Virus record (IMG/VR): IMGVR_UViG_3300050343_000199
Span: 96,001-160,000 of that record
Source of the DNA: a virus
DNA: 64,000 nt
Reading direction: 5' to 3' (one strand)
A program made the position numbers and the translations under genes. The notes beneath the pieces were generated by a model. It was not told the DNA's origin. It saw nothing but the letters and a program-made list of their open reading frames with translations, and made no database searches. This document shows positions 18,699 to 28,277 of the stretch, piece by piece; position 1 is the first letter of the stretch; every line of letters begins with the position of its first letter.

Positions 18699-18926
18699 TC
18701 AATCTTCATATACTAAGCATTCAGGTTCTGAAGGATTTTGATCACAGAAAAGTTCTAGGTAAGTAGGATCATGATGATCTCCTGCCTCAATCTCTTTCTT
18801 ATGATGCTCCACATACTCTTCCAATTCATGCAATTCTCCCTCAATGTGACGACGTTGATTGGGAGAAGTCATAGGATTGTCAAGAATCTCTTTATCCTTT
18901 TCAATATGATCTTCAATTGATTTCAT
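18699..18926 (-). CDS. cp12: CP12 Calvin-cycle inhibitor
   Basis: C-terminal LELFCDQNPSEPECLVYED. Confidence 0.9.
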   Translation of the reverse strand: MKSIEDHIEKDKEILDNPMTSPNQRRHIEGELHELEEYVEHHKKEIEAGDHHDPTYLELFCDQNPSEPECLVYED

Positions 18927-18943
18927 TTGTACTCCTAATAATT

Positions 18944-20371
18944 TTATTTATTTGTATATTCTTTAATTCCGCAAGAATCACGGATTAACTCAAGTACAGT
19001 ATAAGCGTTTTGTTCCTTAACGTCAATCTGATGATTGACAGATTTAATCAAATATGTGCCACTATATGTTGGATCCCAAACTTCATCTTTCCTCTCTGCG
19101 TCAGAAACTTGATTGGGAATCCTAATATCTATTGTATCTCCGGCATTAAGATCAAAATTCGCAGTTAGTGATATGGTCAATTCGTAATTGAACATAACTC
19201 CTAGTCTAGAAATACTCTGCGGTAAATATTGTTTAACATAATCAGGAAAAGAATTATCGGGAGATTGATCCCCGAGATCAGCATCTTCATTAGATGCAAC
19301 ATTTTTACCCATATACCAATTTTCGTGATTTACAATAGTTGACATCACTCTACTTGGATACTGTGATAATATAGTTTGACCTACAGGAAGTTCAGTTTTT
19401 GTCCCTAAGTGAGACATATCATTCCAAGTATTTGCTAGGGAATAAACTTGCTCTTCGTACTTGCCAGTATTTATGTCGTAGTAGCACACTAAAGAAGAAT
19501 ATGCTCCTTCCCTCATTTTTTGCATAGTATCAATTTCACTTCCGAATCTAATCTCTTGGATCTTAAACATACTCTCTTCAGATGTCTTTCCAGGAGAATA
19601 AGAAAAAATATTAGTCTTTGGTTTTTGTTCTGATAAAGAATCAATTGACTTAAAGACGAATTGAGATTTCTCTTCTTTCCTTGTAACCTGAAAAAATAAA
19701 TATCCTGCTGTTCCAGATGCATCATCTGCAGTATTAGGATCAGCATCAGAAACAGTACCGAATGGTATTACTTCTAACGGAATTACTCCTGATCTTGATT
19801 TTAATGTAGTAGATTCTTTTTGAGCAATTGTTTTAGACTGTAAGGATCTAATTAATGCAAATGGAGTCTTTTTAGCAGGTAAATGTGCAATGCTAGTAAC
19901 AGAATCTTCAATGTCAATCCTATTACCAACAACATTCAAATATTCTAATAGTAGTTTTCTCACTACATTAGAGGTAGATCCAGAAATTAGTTTATTGACC
20001 CGAATACTCTCATTTAATAATCCCTCGGTAGAAATTAATGCTAATGTATAAATCTGGGTTCTATCTGCATTAACTCTGTTACTTACTTTAAACACACGAA
20101 ACTCATAAAAATAAGTATCTTCTTTAGCATCAACTACTTCAAAAACAACCCTTTCAAATCCTTGAATAGGAATAGATGAAATTAAATTTTGTGCATTATC
20201 AAGTACAACCATGGTTGCACCATAAGCAGGCCACAGAATATTTTCATGATATTGGATAAACAATACCATATCCAAGAGGTTTGCTTCCGCCTTCTCCCCA
20301 TCTGGTTTATATAAAGCAATCTGTCTGATTTCACAACTAGATGCATATGGTTTTCTATTAAATTCTGCCAT
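18944..20371 (-). CDS. Baseplate hub protein (gp27/GpD-like)
   Basis: C-terminal L.AG..I.I.IP...SG.YLIKSVNH..T.L.LIRDS pattern; position in the hub module. Confidence 0.7.
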   Translation of the reverse strand: MAEFNRKPYASSCEIRQIALYKPDGEKAEANLLDMVLFIQYHENILWPAYGATMVVLDNAQNLISSIPIQGFERVVFEVVDAKEDTYFYEFRVFKVSNRVNADRTQIYTLALISTEGLLNESIRVNKLISGSTSNVVRKLLLEYLNVVGNRIDIEDSVTSIAHLPAKKTPFALIRSLQSKTIAQKESTTLKSRSGVIPLEVIPFGTVSDADPNTADDASGTAGYLFFQVTRKEEKSQFVFKSIDSLSEQKPKTNIFSYSPGKTSEESMFKIQEIRFGSEIDTMQKMREGAYSSLVCYYDINTGKYEEQVYSLANTWNDMSHLGTKTELPVGQTILSQYPSRVMSTIVNHENWYMGKNVASNEDADLGDQSPDNSFPDYVKQYLPQSISRLGVMFNYELTISLTANFDLNAGDTIDIRIPNQVSDAERKDEVWDPTYSGTYLIKSVNHQIDVKEQNAYTVLELIRDSCGIKEYTNK

Positions 20372-20373
20372 AG

Positions 20374-22689
20374 TTAACTATACAAAGACGGGTAGAGTTC
20401 GGAAAATCCTATATCACCCTTTGTACTTATATAAGAAGGAGGAGTATCATCAGCAGTATCATCTATTTGACTGTTATTACTGATGAGTATTGGTTCCAAA
20501 GTTTTGTTTTTGGTTTCCATTTTACGTAAAGAATTTTGCTGTGATTGCATATTCACAACCGTAGATATAGCACCACGAGATGCAGGAGAATTAATACTAG
20601 ATTGGTCTCCCATAGGTTTACCATACATATTCATACTTTCATCAGCACCAGACATACCTGCATCACGCATATACTGTCTTAAGATATCATTTCGCCTTTG
20701 GGTTTTCTCAGCGATTGTCGCAGTTTGATCCATCAACCCACGAGTGCCTGTCATATCTCCAATATCTTGAGCGTTGCGGATTGCACCATCTAATCTTCTG
20801 TTACCTGTTGTTGTAGATTGTGGAGTAACCTGTGGTTGCACACTACGAGTTTTATATGCAGGATCACTTATATTAATATTATATTCCTGACGCATTCTTT
20901 CTGCAAGATCTTTCCTACTTGGATGAGGAACTGCATCATATGTCTGCATTTGAGTTCCAGAATCCTGACTGTTATATCTTTGAACATCTTCGGGAGTATA
21001 TCCACTCCTCCTAGCAGAAAATGGCACTTCCATTCCAAGGAATTTTTGTACCGTTCTACCATCTTGCATATAACTACCGTTGTCGCCAGCTGATGGAGTC
21101 ATAACTCTACCAGTTCCAGGTAAGAATCCAAAAGGTCCACCTGTACCACCTTGGCGACTACCATATTGCATAGATGACCCACCAGTGCCACCTGTAGGTC
21201 TACTATAAATGGTTTTAGAACTATCACCACCTATACCACCACGACCAGTGAAGACCCCAAGAGGATCCCACCATGCTCTTTCGCTTTTAGATGATGATGC
21301 ACTACCAGAAGCAAACATCTGTTTTTGTCTATCTTCCTGATCTTTTTTATGGGAAGTATCTTTAATAACTTTATCTGCAATCGTATTCGGAACTCCAAAT
21401 GCAGATGCAATTGGGTTAGCAATTTGCTTAAGTTCGGAAGTAATAGGAGCTGCTAATGTTCCCATACCAGAGACTGCCTTCTCAAGCATAGATAATGTCA
21501 TGACTCCTGACGCTCTAAGCGGCAGTTCCATAGCTTTCTGTAGATCTTTATTCTTTTTGTCTATTTTTGCAGGAACAGCAGAGTCCTGCATAGAAATCAT
21601 AGCATTAAGAATATTAGGAGAAAATGAAGGATCGGATGCCTCGTCAGATCCTTGTTCATACATTGATACACCACCAGTTTTAGGAACTCGGGATGAAGGA
21701 ATTGCAGATGTTTGAGGTTTAGGTCTTACTTTCCCATCAACAGCACTAGGTTCACCTTGAGTAAAATTATTATCAAGTGGCACGATCATTTCATTGCCAT
21801 GTAACTTGGCAAGATAACCACTATCAGGACCGGACATAATGCCGCCCTCTTCAAGTTCAGGTATTGGAAGACTTAATTGCTGATCTTGAGTCTCAGGAGT
21901 CTTTCCAATCTCTTGTTCATCTTGTAATAAATTTAATTGTATTGCTTCTTGTTTTGATTGCCCTATGTCTTGTAATCGTAGCGTACCAGATTGATCAGTT
22001 TCTTTACCTTGTTCTGCAGCTTTAGCTCTGACTTGTTCTATATCTGTTTGTTTCTTAGCAGTATCATTCTGATCTCGTAAGGCATCTATAATAGCATCTA
22101 ACTTAGTTTCTAGCAAATCAGAATTTTGCTCTAATTGCTTAATAGTACCAAAGATACCTTCTTTAGCTTGAATTACTTCTGATTGTGCATCATCTAAACT
22201 ATCACTTAAGGTAGAAAAATTCTGATTGATTGCTTCTACTGCAGCAGATAAAAATTTACCAAGTTTTTTATCCTGAACCTTTACTGGTTTATCGTTAGAT
22301 GGTACTGTTCCCGTTAATTTACTACTATTTTCCTTAAACTTTTTTTCGGCAGGATTTGCAAGTTGCTGATATTCCGGAAGATTTCTTACATGGGCAGGTG
22401 TTCCCATTAAAGGGTCACTACTTGATTGCCCTCTTGCAAGAATATCATTAACACTAGTTTTAGGTACAAATCTCTTACCTAAAGTTTTTTCAATAATATA
22501 ATTTCTTCCCTCTCTTGCAGTAAACTCTCCAGGTGTAAATTTAGGGTCAACCTTATATTTTGCAGCTGCAAGAGTTGCGGCAGTTTTAGCAGTCTTTCCT
22601 CGTGATCTAGCAGTAGATATAATATCTACTAGTTGCCCTGCAATACTAGATGTCAGATCTCCACTATAAGTTGCCTGCAAACTCGCCAT
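20374..22689 (-). CDS. Tape-measure/gp29-like hub protein, paralogue 2
   Basis: 771 aa, coiled-coil; N-terminus MASLQATYSGDLTS and LHGNEMIVPL motif shared with the upstream paralogue. Confidence 0.6.
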   Translation of the reverse strand: MASLQATYSGDLTSSIAGQLVDIISTARSRGKTAKTAATLAAAKYKVDPKFTPGEFTAREGRNYIIEKTLGKRFVPKTSVNDILARGQSSSDPLMGTPAHVRNLPEYQQLANPAEKKFKENSSKLTGTVPSNDKPVKVQDKKLGKFLSAAVEAINQNFSTLSDSLDDAQSEVIQAKEGIFGTIKQLEQNSDLLETKLDAIIDALRDQNDTAKKQTDIEQVRAKAAEQGKETDQSGTLRLQDIGQSKQEAIQLNLLQDEQEIGKTPETQDQQLSLPIPELEEGGIMSGPDSGYLAKLHGNEMIVPLDNNFTQGEPSAVDGKVRPKPQTSAIPSSRVPKTGGVSMYEQGSDEASDPSFSPNILNAMISMQDSAVPAKIDKKNKDLQKAMELPLRASGVMTLSMLEKAVSGMGTLAAPITSELKQIANPIASAFGVPNTIADKVIKDTSHKKDQEDRQKQMFASGSASSSKSERAWWDPLGVFTGRGGIGGDSSKTIYSRPTGGTGGSSMQYGSRQGGTGGPFGFLPGTGRVMTPSAGDNGSYMQDGRTVQKFLGMEVPFSARRSGYTPEDVQRYNSQDSGTQMQTYDAVPHPSRKDLAERMRQEYNINISDPAYKTRSVQPQVTPQSTTTGNRRLDGAIRNAQDIGDMTGTRGLMDQTATIAEKTQRRNDILRQYMRDAGMSGADESMNMYGKPMGDQSSINSPASRGAISTVVNMQSQQNSLRKMETKNKTLEPILISNNSQIDDTADDTPPSYISTKGDIGFSELYPSLYS

Positions 22690-22690
22690 C

Positions 22691-25492
22691 CTATGCTCCT
22701 AATACCGCTAACTGATAACTTTTCACTGGATTAACTTTAGATGTATTACTACTTATACGAGTATTGTTCTGATTTTTAATGATAGTATTAGTCACTACTA
22801 CTGTTTGAACTGGGATCCCATCTTCCATGTCCTCCATACTAGAACTAATTCTTTCAATTTCATTTAATTTAGATTGATTATCAAATGGATTTAAGAAATT
22901 TATTGGTTTCATATAAAGACCAGAGAATCCCTCTTCATCAGTCAATGATTTAATGAGTCCTTTAGGACCTGCAGGTCCTGATACTTTATCAGCAAAGATT
23001 GTTTGATTTGTAGGACTAACATCATTCGCGGTCGGGTTTGATTGCCCTGGTACGATACCATACTCTTCCATAACAGCATTAATTTTTCCTGGATATATGG
23101 CGTGTGGATTATATCCAGCAGATGCAATATTAGCGATTGCTTCAGATGGAGTTTTAGCATCTCCGTAATATTGTTTCCATATTCTAACTCGGTATCTTAC
23201 AGATTCTTCAAAAGAATCAAATTTAATTGCTGTATGTTTTCCTTCTACTGGATCAATATAAACATATTTTTTAGATGGTGGATAATCTGGTGGGGCATCT
23301 TGACCAAATAAATTATTTGCCTCTACTGCTAATGTAGATCTTCCAAAATCACTTTCTTCTACAGCTTGTGCGGCAACTACTTCTGGAAATGGATCTCCTG
23401 CTGCTTTTGCTGCTTTATAAATTCTTGCGTAAAATTGACCGTACATATCTTTAGGTTTCTCATAATTAGGATATCCGATAACTGGACTTTTATATTTTAA
23501 CCCAACACCATAACTATCAGAACCACCAATACCTCCTCCTCCGTTTATAACTGGACCTTGATGATTTGATGATGGCAACACGCTAGCAGACTGTTTTATT
23601 GGTGGGGTATATCCAGTTGGAACTTTACCCTCCATTTGTATAACTAGATTAGTTAATGCTGATGCATCTGGATGCCAACCACCTCCATCAGAAGAATAAA
23701 AATCTAAACTTGTGTGGGGTCCTGACATATTACCCGCTCCATTACCTTGCATTGCAGCACCTCCACCAGGACCCCTTACACCATTCCACCCAACTTTTCC
23801 TAAGTAATCTCCAACTTTTACCTTATCACCTACCCTTACTGCCATTCCATTATCAGGAAAATGTGCATAAAGTGATTCAAATGTATCATTTGGATTTAAA
23901 GGGTTTATACTTCTAACTTGAACTGCATTTCCATATCCAGGATATCCCGGAACTTTTCCGGCACTAATAACTTCTCCAGCAAATATAGCATAATTGTTGT
24001 TATAATCATTGAAACTAAAATCAACTCCATGCTCACCACTTGCATCTGCACCTTGTCCTTTAAAAAAAGTAACTGAGCGTTTGTTTTGTTTTGGATATGA
24101 TAATGGTCCATTTGAGCTATATCCAGCCCTAGGTCCTAGTGGAGTATTAGTAGGAGTAGTTGTGGTAGTAGTAGTTGTGGTAGTAGTATCATTTGAATCA
24201 GTAGGATCATCCGGATCAGAAGTATTATTAACCGCTTTAACAATATTTTTATCTCTACGATTTAAATCCTTTAATAATGCTTCAGTAGGTTGTTTAACAG
24301 TTGCTGCTTGCTGAATATTTCCCACATCAGATGCAAAAGGAATATTTGTAAATTTATAGTCTAATCCAGATTTTTTAATTATTGAAGATATTTCTCTTCC
24401 AGTTCCTGTTCTATTTGCTAAAGATTGCACTGAACTAGCAAAATAAGAAATCTGATTATCTTGATTTAGCATCATGGTATCAGAAAAATTAGAACTATCT
24501 TTCTTTGTAACAAGTGCCTCCATACCATGCAACACACTGTATCCCTTTTTGGCAAATCCAGTTCCTCTTTCATATTGAGGTGTGCTCATATCTCTAGCAG
24601 CAAGTCCTGCATCAATTGCTATAGACCCAGCTGTTCCTATTCCAGGGACAAATGCTGCAGCACCAGAAGCAAGTTCTAGTGCAGCTCCAGCAGGATCTGG
24701 TGGATTTTGAAATAATCTTTGAGCTGCAAATACACTAGAAATTGCAAGACCTATGCCAAATGGCAATTTCTTTGCAGCAATTTTAGCACCACCTTTTGAA
24801 AGTCCTTTAACACCAAGATTTAAACCAAATTTAGATGCTCCCTTTGCAGCATATTTCTTTAGTGCGACTTTCGCTGATGCTTTTGGTTTTAAAATACTTT
24901 TAAGTGGTTTTAATCTACTCTTTATACCTTTAAATTTTCCTCTGCTAAGTCTACCTAAAATTTTAGATAAGACTCTATTAGTAATATTACCGCCACCACC
25001 ACCACTAGATGATTCATTTTTGCCATCAGATAATTTTAGAGTATCTGATAGGTCATTACTTTTTTCTAACTCTAACTCTTTCCTCTTTACCTTATTATCT
25101 TCGGAAATTTCTTCTTGTAATTCACGATTAGCAGTAAAGTGATCTAGTAGTTGATCAAATTTAGCGCCAAGCATTAAATTTTGATCATATATTAACTGAT
25201 GAGATTGCACTAAGTTTGAATTTAATGCACTTACTTCATTTTTAAGTTGTTTTACGGAAAACTCAACTACGTTAAGTTTTTGCTCAACAGTAGATCCTAA
25301 AATTTTACCTGCAAGTTCTCTTGTTTTTATATCCTTTACTGGAAAACTATCATCAGGTTCTTCCATTTCAGCCTGTGCTTTCGCTACAGGTCCCTTTTTT
25401 TCTTTTCTAGCAGCATCCAGCACCTTCTTAGCAATAGTCCCTGCAAGGGCACTAGTAAGATCACCACTGTATGTTTGCTGCAAATTTGCCAT
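22691..25492 (-). CDS. Tape-measure/gp29-like protein with M23 peptidase-like and GH73 glucosaminidase-like domains
   Basis: HGVDF..YGNAV..LYAH (M23); AAQAVEES.FG...NNLFG..FDSFEES..GY (GH73); directly downstream of gp26/gp51. Confidence 0.75.
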   Translation of the reverse strand: MANLQQTYSGDLTSALAGTIAKKVLDAARKEKKGPVAKAQAEMEEPDDSFPVKDIKTRELAGKILGSTVEQKLNVVEFSVKQLKNEVSALNSNLVQSHQLIYDQNLMLGAKFDQLLDHFTANRELQEEISEDNKVKRKELELEKSNDLSDTLKLSDGKNESSSGGGGGNITNRVLSKILGRLSRGKFKGIKSRLKPLKSILKPKASAKVALKKYAAKGASKFGLNLGVKGLSKGGAKIAAKKLPFGIGLAISSVFAAQRLFQNPPDPAGAALELASGAAAFVPGIGTAGSIAIDAGLAARDMSTPQYERGTGFAKKGYSVLHGMEALVTKKDSSNFSDTMMLNQDNQISYFASSVQSLANRTGTGREISSIIKKSGLDYKFTNIPFASDVGNIQQAATVKQPTEALLKDLNRRDKNIVKAVNNTSDPDDPTDSNDTTTTTTTTTTTPTNTPLGPRAGYSSNGPLSYPKQNKRSVTFFKGQGADASGEHGVDFSFNDYNNNYAIFAGEVISAGKVPGYPGYGNAVQVRSINPLNPNDTFESLYAHFPDNGMAVRVGDKVKVGDYLGKVGWNGVRGPGGGAAMQGNGAGNMSGPHTSLDFYSSDGGGWHPDASALTNLVIQMEGKVPTGYTPPIKQSASVLPSSNHQGPVINGGGGIGGSDSYGVGLKYKSPVIGYPNYEKPKDMYGQFYARIYKAAKAAGDPFPEVVAAQAVEESDFGRSTLAVEANNLFGQDAPPDYPPSKKYVYIDPVEGKHTAIKFDSFEESVRYRVRIWKQYYGDAKTPSEAIANIASAGYNPHAIYPGKINAVMEEYGIVPGQSNPTANDVSPTNQTIFADKVSGPAGPKGLIKSLTDEEGFSGLYMKPINFLNPFDNQSKLNEIERISSSMEDMEDGIPVQTVVVTNTIIKNQNNTRISSNTSKVNPVKSYQLAVLGA

Positions 25493-25638
25493 TACCTGTT
25501 AGCTGCTGCTTCTTGTTTTTGCTTAACTTCATCAAGGTATTGCATTAGAAAGGTAGTGTAAACTTCCCTCTCCCAAGGCATCATATTTTCAATCTCAGTC
25601 AAAGAGTATTTATGATACTGCATCAAAGCAAAGTTCAT
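25492..25638 (-). CDS. gp51: gp51 baseplate hub assembly catalyst (frame open upstream to 25686)
   Basis: Read manually: MNFALMQYHKYSLTEIENMMPWEREVY...; stop overlaps the next ATG. Confidence 0.85.
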   Translation of the reverse strand: MNFALMQYHKYSLTEIENMMPWEREVYTTFLMQYLDEVKQKQEAAANR

Positions 25639-25673
25639 TCTATAATACCCCTCCAGATTATTCTGAAAGAGTG

Positions 25674-26387
25674 CTATGCGAAAAAATTGGATAATCCCTC
25701 AATTGTAAACGTGGACTCAATACCAGTATTAGGATTAGTCACTGTAAAAGTATGACTTAACTTAGGCGCAGTTGCATAGAATTCTTGAATCTTTTCAAAT
25801 TGCTTTGTAGTCAAATTATCAACAAATTCACGAAACTCTTTTTTTGATGTAGTAGAAGAATCATACACATCTTCACCTTGAAAAATTTGATCAATTGAAT
25901 TAGCAATAAAATCATAAACTTCTTGAGTTTGCATTTCTTTGCGTAAAAATTCGCGATCAACGAATTCTTTCATACTAGGGTAGTTCATAATAATACCCGA
26001 ATCTTCGTCAAACATGATTTTCTTATCATGTCCTTCGGGTTTAATAACTTCAACTTCATCAATATTGATTTCCGTTTCTACAGTAGTTTCGTTATCATCT
26101 TGACACGTTACCGTAAGAGTTAGAGATTCTCCGATAGAAGCTGCTCTAATTTTTAAAAATAAGTATTCAAGGTCAAAACTAGGAAGTAAATCAACCTTAA
26201 TACGTGAAATAACGCAATTTTTGATTAAATCCTTAACTGCGCTAGTAATTTGCTTTTCGTCTTGTGACTCCATTGCAAGTAAAAGTACTTTTTCTTCTTT
26301 TACTAAAAATGGACGATATTTTACAGATTTTCCCGTAGAAGGCAGTGCCGTCTCATAAGTAGGATAACCAAGTTTTGGCAATGCCAT
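25674..26387 (-). CDS. gp26: gp26 baseplate hub assembly chaperone
   Basis: LPSTGK.VKYRPFLVKEEK.LL, FDLEYLFLKIRA.SIGE, and IEGLSNFF C-terminus. Confidence 0.92.
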   Translation of the reverse strand: MALPKLGYPTYETALPSTGKSVKYRPFLVKEEKVLLLAMESQDEKQITSAVKDLIKNCVISRIKVDLLPSFDLEYLFLKIRAASIGESLTLTVTCQDDNETTVETEINIDEVEVIKPEGHDKKIMFDEDSGIIMNYPSMKEFVDREFLRKEMQTQEVYDFIANSIDQIFQGEDVYDSSTTSKKEFREFVDNLTTKQFEKIQEFYATAPKLSHTFTVTNPNTGIESTFTIEGLSNFFA

Positions 26388-26409
26388 AATATTTACCTCA
26401 GATCATATG

Positions 26410-26417
26410 TATATTTA
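26410..26417 (-). promoter_or_regulatory. Late promoter AATAAATA upstream of gp26
   Basis: Plus-strand TATTTATT near 26412-26419, ~25 nt upstream of the gp26 ATG; coordinates approximate. Confidence 0.65.
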
Positions 26418-26480
26418 TTGCGACTTTTTTAATCAAAAATTAGCGGAGAAATTTTTCCGACTTTTACAGAATTAAAATAG

Positions 26481-27110
26481 TTATTTTCCGTATGCTACTG
26501 TATGTCTTGAATAATAGAAATTACATGTAAGTCTTGAAATTTGCGACGATCCATATGCTAGAGGAACTGTATCAATAGAATATGGATAACATTTTTCTAA
26601 AAGATATGTTACCGGAACTCTACCCCTTTCCGAATTACTATTAGGTTCCGTTTTCATAATTCTAAGTGTAGCAGAATATTGATCCAGATATTTAAGTCTG
26701 TTTACACGGTTCTCAGGCAATGGGTTAACGGTTGTTGCACCTTCAAGTCCAGTATACTCTACATTATCTTCATTAAAAATATAATTATACCAGCTGTTCA
26801 TAAATTTCAGTGCTGTCAAATCAGCATCCAATAAAAAACCTAAACTAATATCAGTAAAAATTCTAGTGTGGGGATAAGATACCGGACCCTCGCCAAGATT
26901 TCTACCAGATCTTTGTGACACAGCAGATTGCACATTCGGTAGTTGTGCTTCATCACACAACATTTGAATTACATTTTTATTTTCTCCCTTAAAATCATAA
27001 AATATCGGAGAATCTTTAAAAGAAAACTCAACATCAAAATTGGTGGAGTAGGACATTCCGCCCTTAGCACCAATTTTGGTCATGAATTGATTTAAACCAT
27101 TTACTGCCAC
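26481..27110 (-). CDS. Tail-tube-like baseplate protein (gp54/gp19 family)
   Basis: LCDEAQLP, YPHTRIFTDISL.F, YPYSI..VPLAYG..L...F.Y pattern; GTG start. Confidence 0.7.
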   Translation of the reverse strand: MAVNGLNQFMTKIGAKGGMSYSTNFDVEFSFKDSPIFYDFKGENKNVIQMLCDEAQLPNVQSAVSQRSGRNLGEGPVSYPHTRIFTDISLGFLLDADLTALKFMNSWYNYIFNEDNVEYTGLEGATTVNPLPENRVNRLKYLDQYSATLRIMKTEPNSNSERGRVPVTYLLEKCYPYSIDTVPLAYGSSQISRLTCNFYYSRHTVAYGK

Positions 27111-27113
27111 TGC

Positions 27114-27143
27114 TAAATATAATCGTGGGATCTTATATATTTA
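27114..27143. promoter_or_regulatory. Divergent overlapping late promoters
   Basis: CTAAATA on plus (~27113-27119) facing gp4; ATAAATA on minus (~27137-27143) facing the gp54-like gene. Confidence 0.7.
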
Positions 27144-27574
27144 TGGCATACTCGGGACTGTATAAACCAGTCAATCCAAAAAAGTATCGCGGAAATCCTA
27201 CTCGTATTATTTACAGATCATCATGGGAACGAAAGTTTATGATATTCTGTGATAAAAATCCCTCTATTTTAGAGTGGGGTAGTGAAGAAGTCATTATTCC
27301 ATATCGTTGTCCAACTGACGGACGAGTGCATAGATATTTTCCAGATTTTTATATTAAAGTTCGCGAACAAACAGGAAAAATCACGAAGTATATTATTGAA
27401 GTAAAACCCAAAAAACAAACATCACCACCGAATGACAAAAACAAAAGGACTGCTGCCTATAGACGGGCTGCCCTGACGTTCATGAAGAACCGTGCCAAAT
27501 GGGACGCTGCTCAGGACTTCTGTGAAGATAGGCAGATGAATTTTTTAATTCTTACAGAAGATCACTTATTCTAG
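27143..27574 (+). CDS. gp4: gp4 head completion nuclease
   Basis: MAYSG.YKP.NPKKY.G.P..IIYRSSWE..FM..CD, YFPDF, IEVKP, N.AKW. Confidence 0.93.
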   Translation: MAYSGLYKPVNPKKYRGNPTRIIYRSSWERKFMIFCDKNPSILEWGSEEVIIPYRCPTDGRVHRYFPDFYIKVREQTGKITKYIIEVKPKKQTSPPNDKNKRTAAYRRAALTFMKNRAKWDAAQDFCEDRQMNFLILTEDHLF

Positions 27575-27584
27575 GTAAAGAGCA

Positions 27585-28277
27585 ATGGCACAAGGATTTG
27601 CAACTATACAACGTAATACTACTAACGAAACTACAGGATATACAACTCTATTTGAAAAAATAACTGAATTAACAGGCGGACAGAAGCAAAGTTTTAATTG
27701 GTATAGAAATGCTGTAAAAAAATCGGCAATGGATTATAAAAAAGATCCATCAAAGATTATAAGAGATGAACGAATAGATGATAGAGGTAAGGAAGAAGAA
27801 ACGGATGAAAATATCCTTAGAGCATATGCAGTCTCTGGTCACTTTTATATGTTTGAATACAAAGCAAAAACAAAATGGTTGCCATATTATGACACGTTTC
27901 CGTTAGTTTATGTGATGAAAGCATCACCCGATGAATTTTGGGGTGTCAACTTACATTACATGGCACCAAAGAAACGTATAATGGTTATTAAAAAGTTAAT
28001 GGAAGGAAGAATTGATGTTCCTAAGCGATGCTTTCATAAATACTTAACCAGTCAAGTAGATGGTATGATGCTTGACCTTGCTTCTAAAGAATGGGATACT
28101 GCAATACTACTTCCTATTGAAAACTTTGTTCGTAATGTAAAAGGTAGTGCTGGTAGATTTCCATACACCAAGGAACTTGTATGGGAAGAAACAGATGATA
28201 AGTACTACGATCGCATCAGAGGAAGGAGAATCATCCGTGGATATGGCAACCGTAAAGACACCGAGATGGTAAAATAA
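27585..28277 (+). CDS. gp2: gp2-like DNA end protector
   Basis: G..YMF.Y.AK...LPYYD.FPLV, G.NLHY, FHKYL motifs. Confidence 0.85.
   Translation: MAQGFATIQRNTTNETTGYTTLFEKITELTGGQKQSFNWYRNAVKKSAMDYKKDPSKIIRDERIDDRGKEEETDENILRAYAVSGHFYMFEYKAKTKWLPYYDTFPLVYVMKASPDEFWGVNLHYMAPKKRIMVIKKLMEGRIDVPKRCFHKYLTSQVDGMMLDLASKEWDTAILLPIENFVRNVKGSAGRFPYTKELVWEETDDKYYDRIRGRRIIRGYGNRKDTEMVK

Noticed and set aside
24156-24185. 15-bp direct repeat (GTAGTTGTGGTAGTA x2)
   Set aside because: Simply encodes the poly-Thr linker of the tape-measure-like protein.
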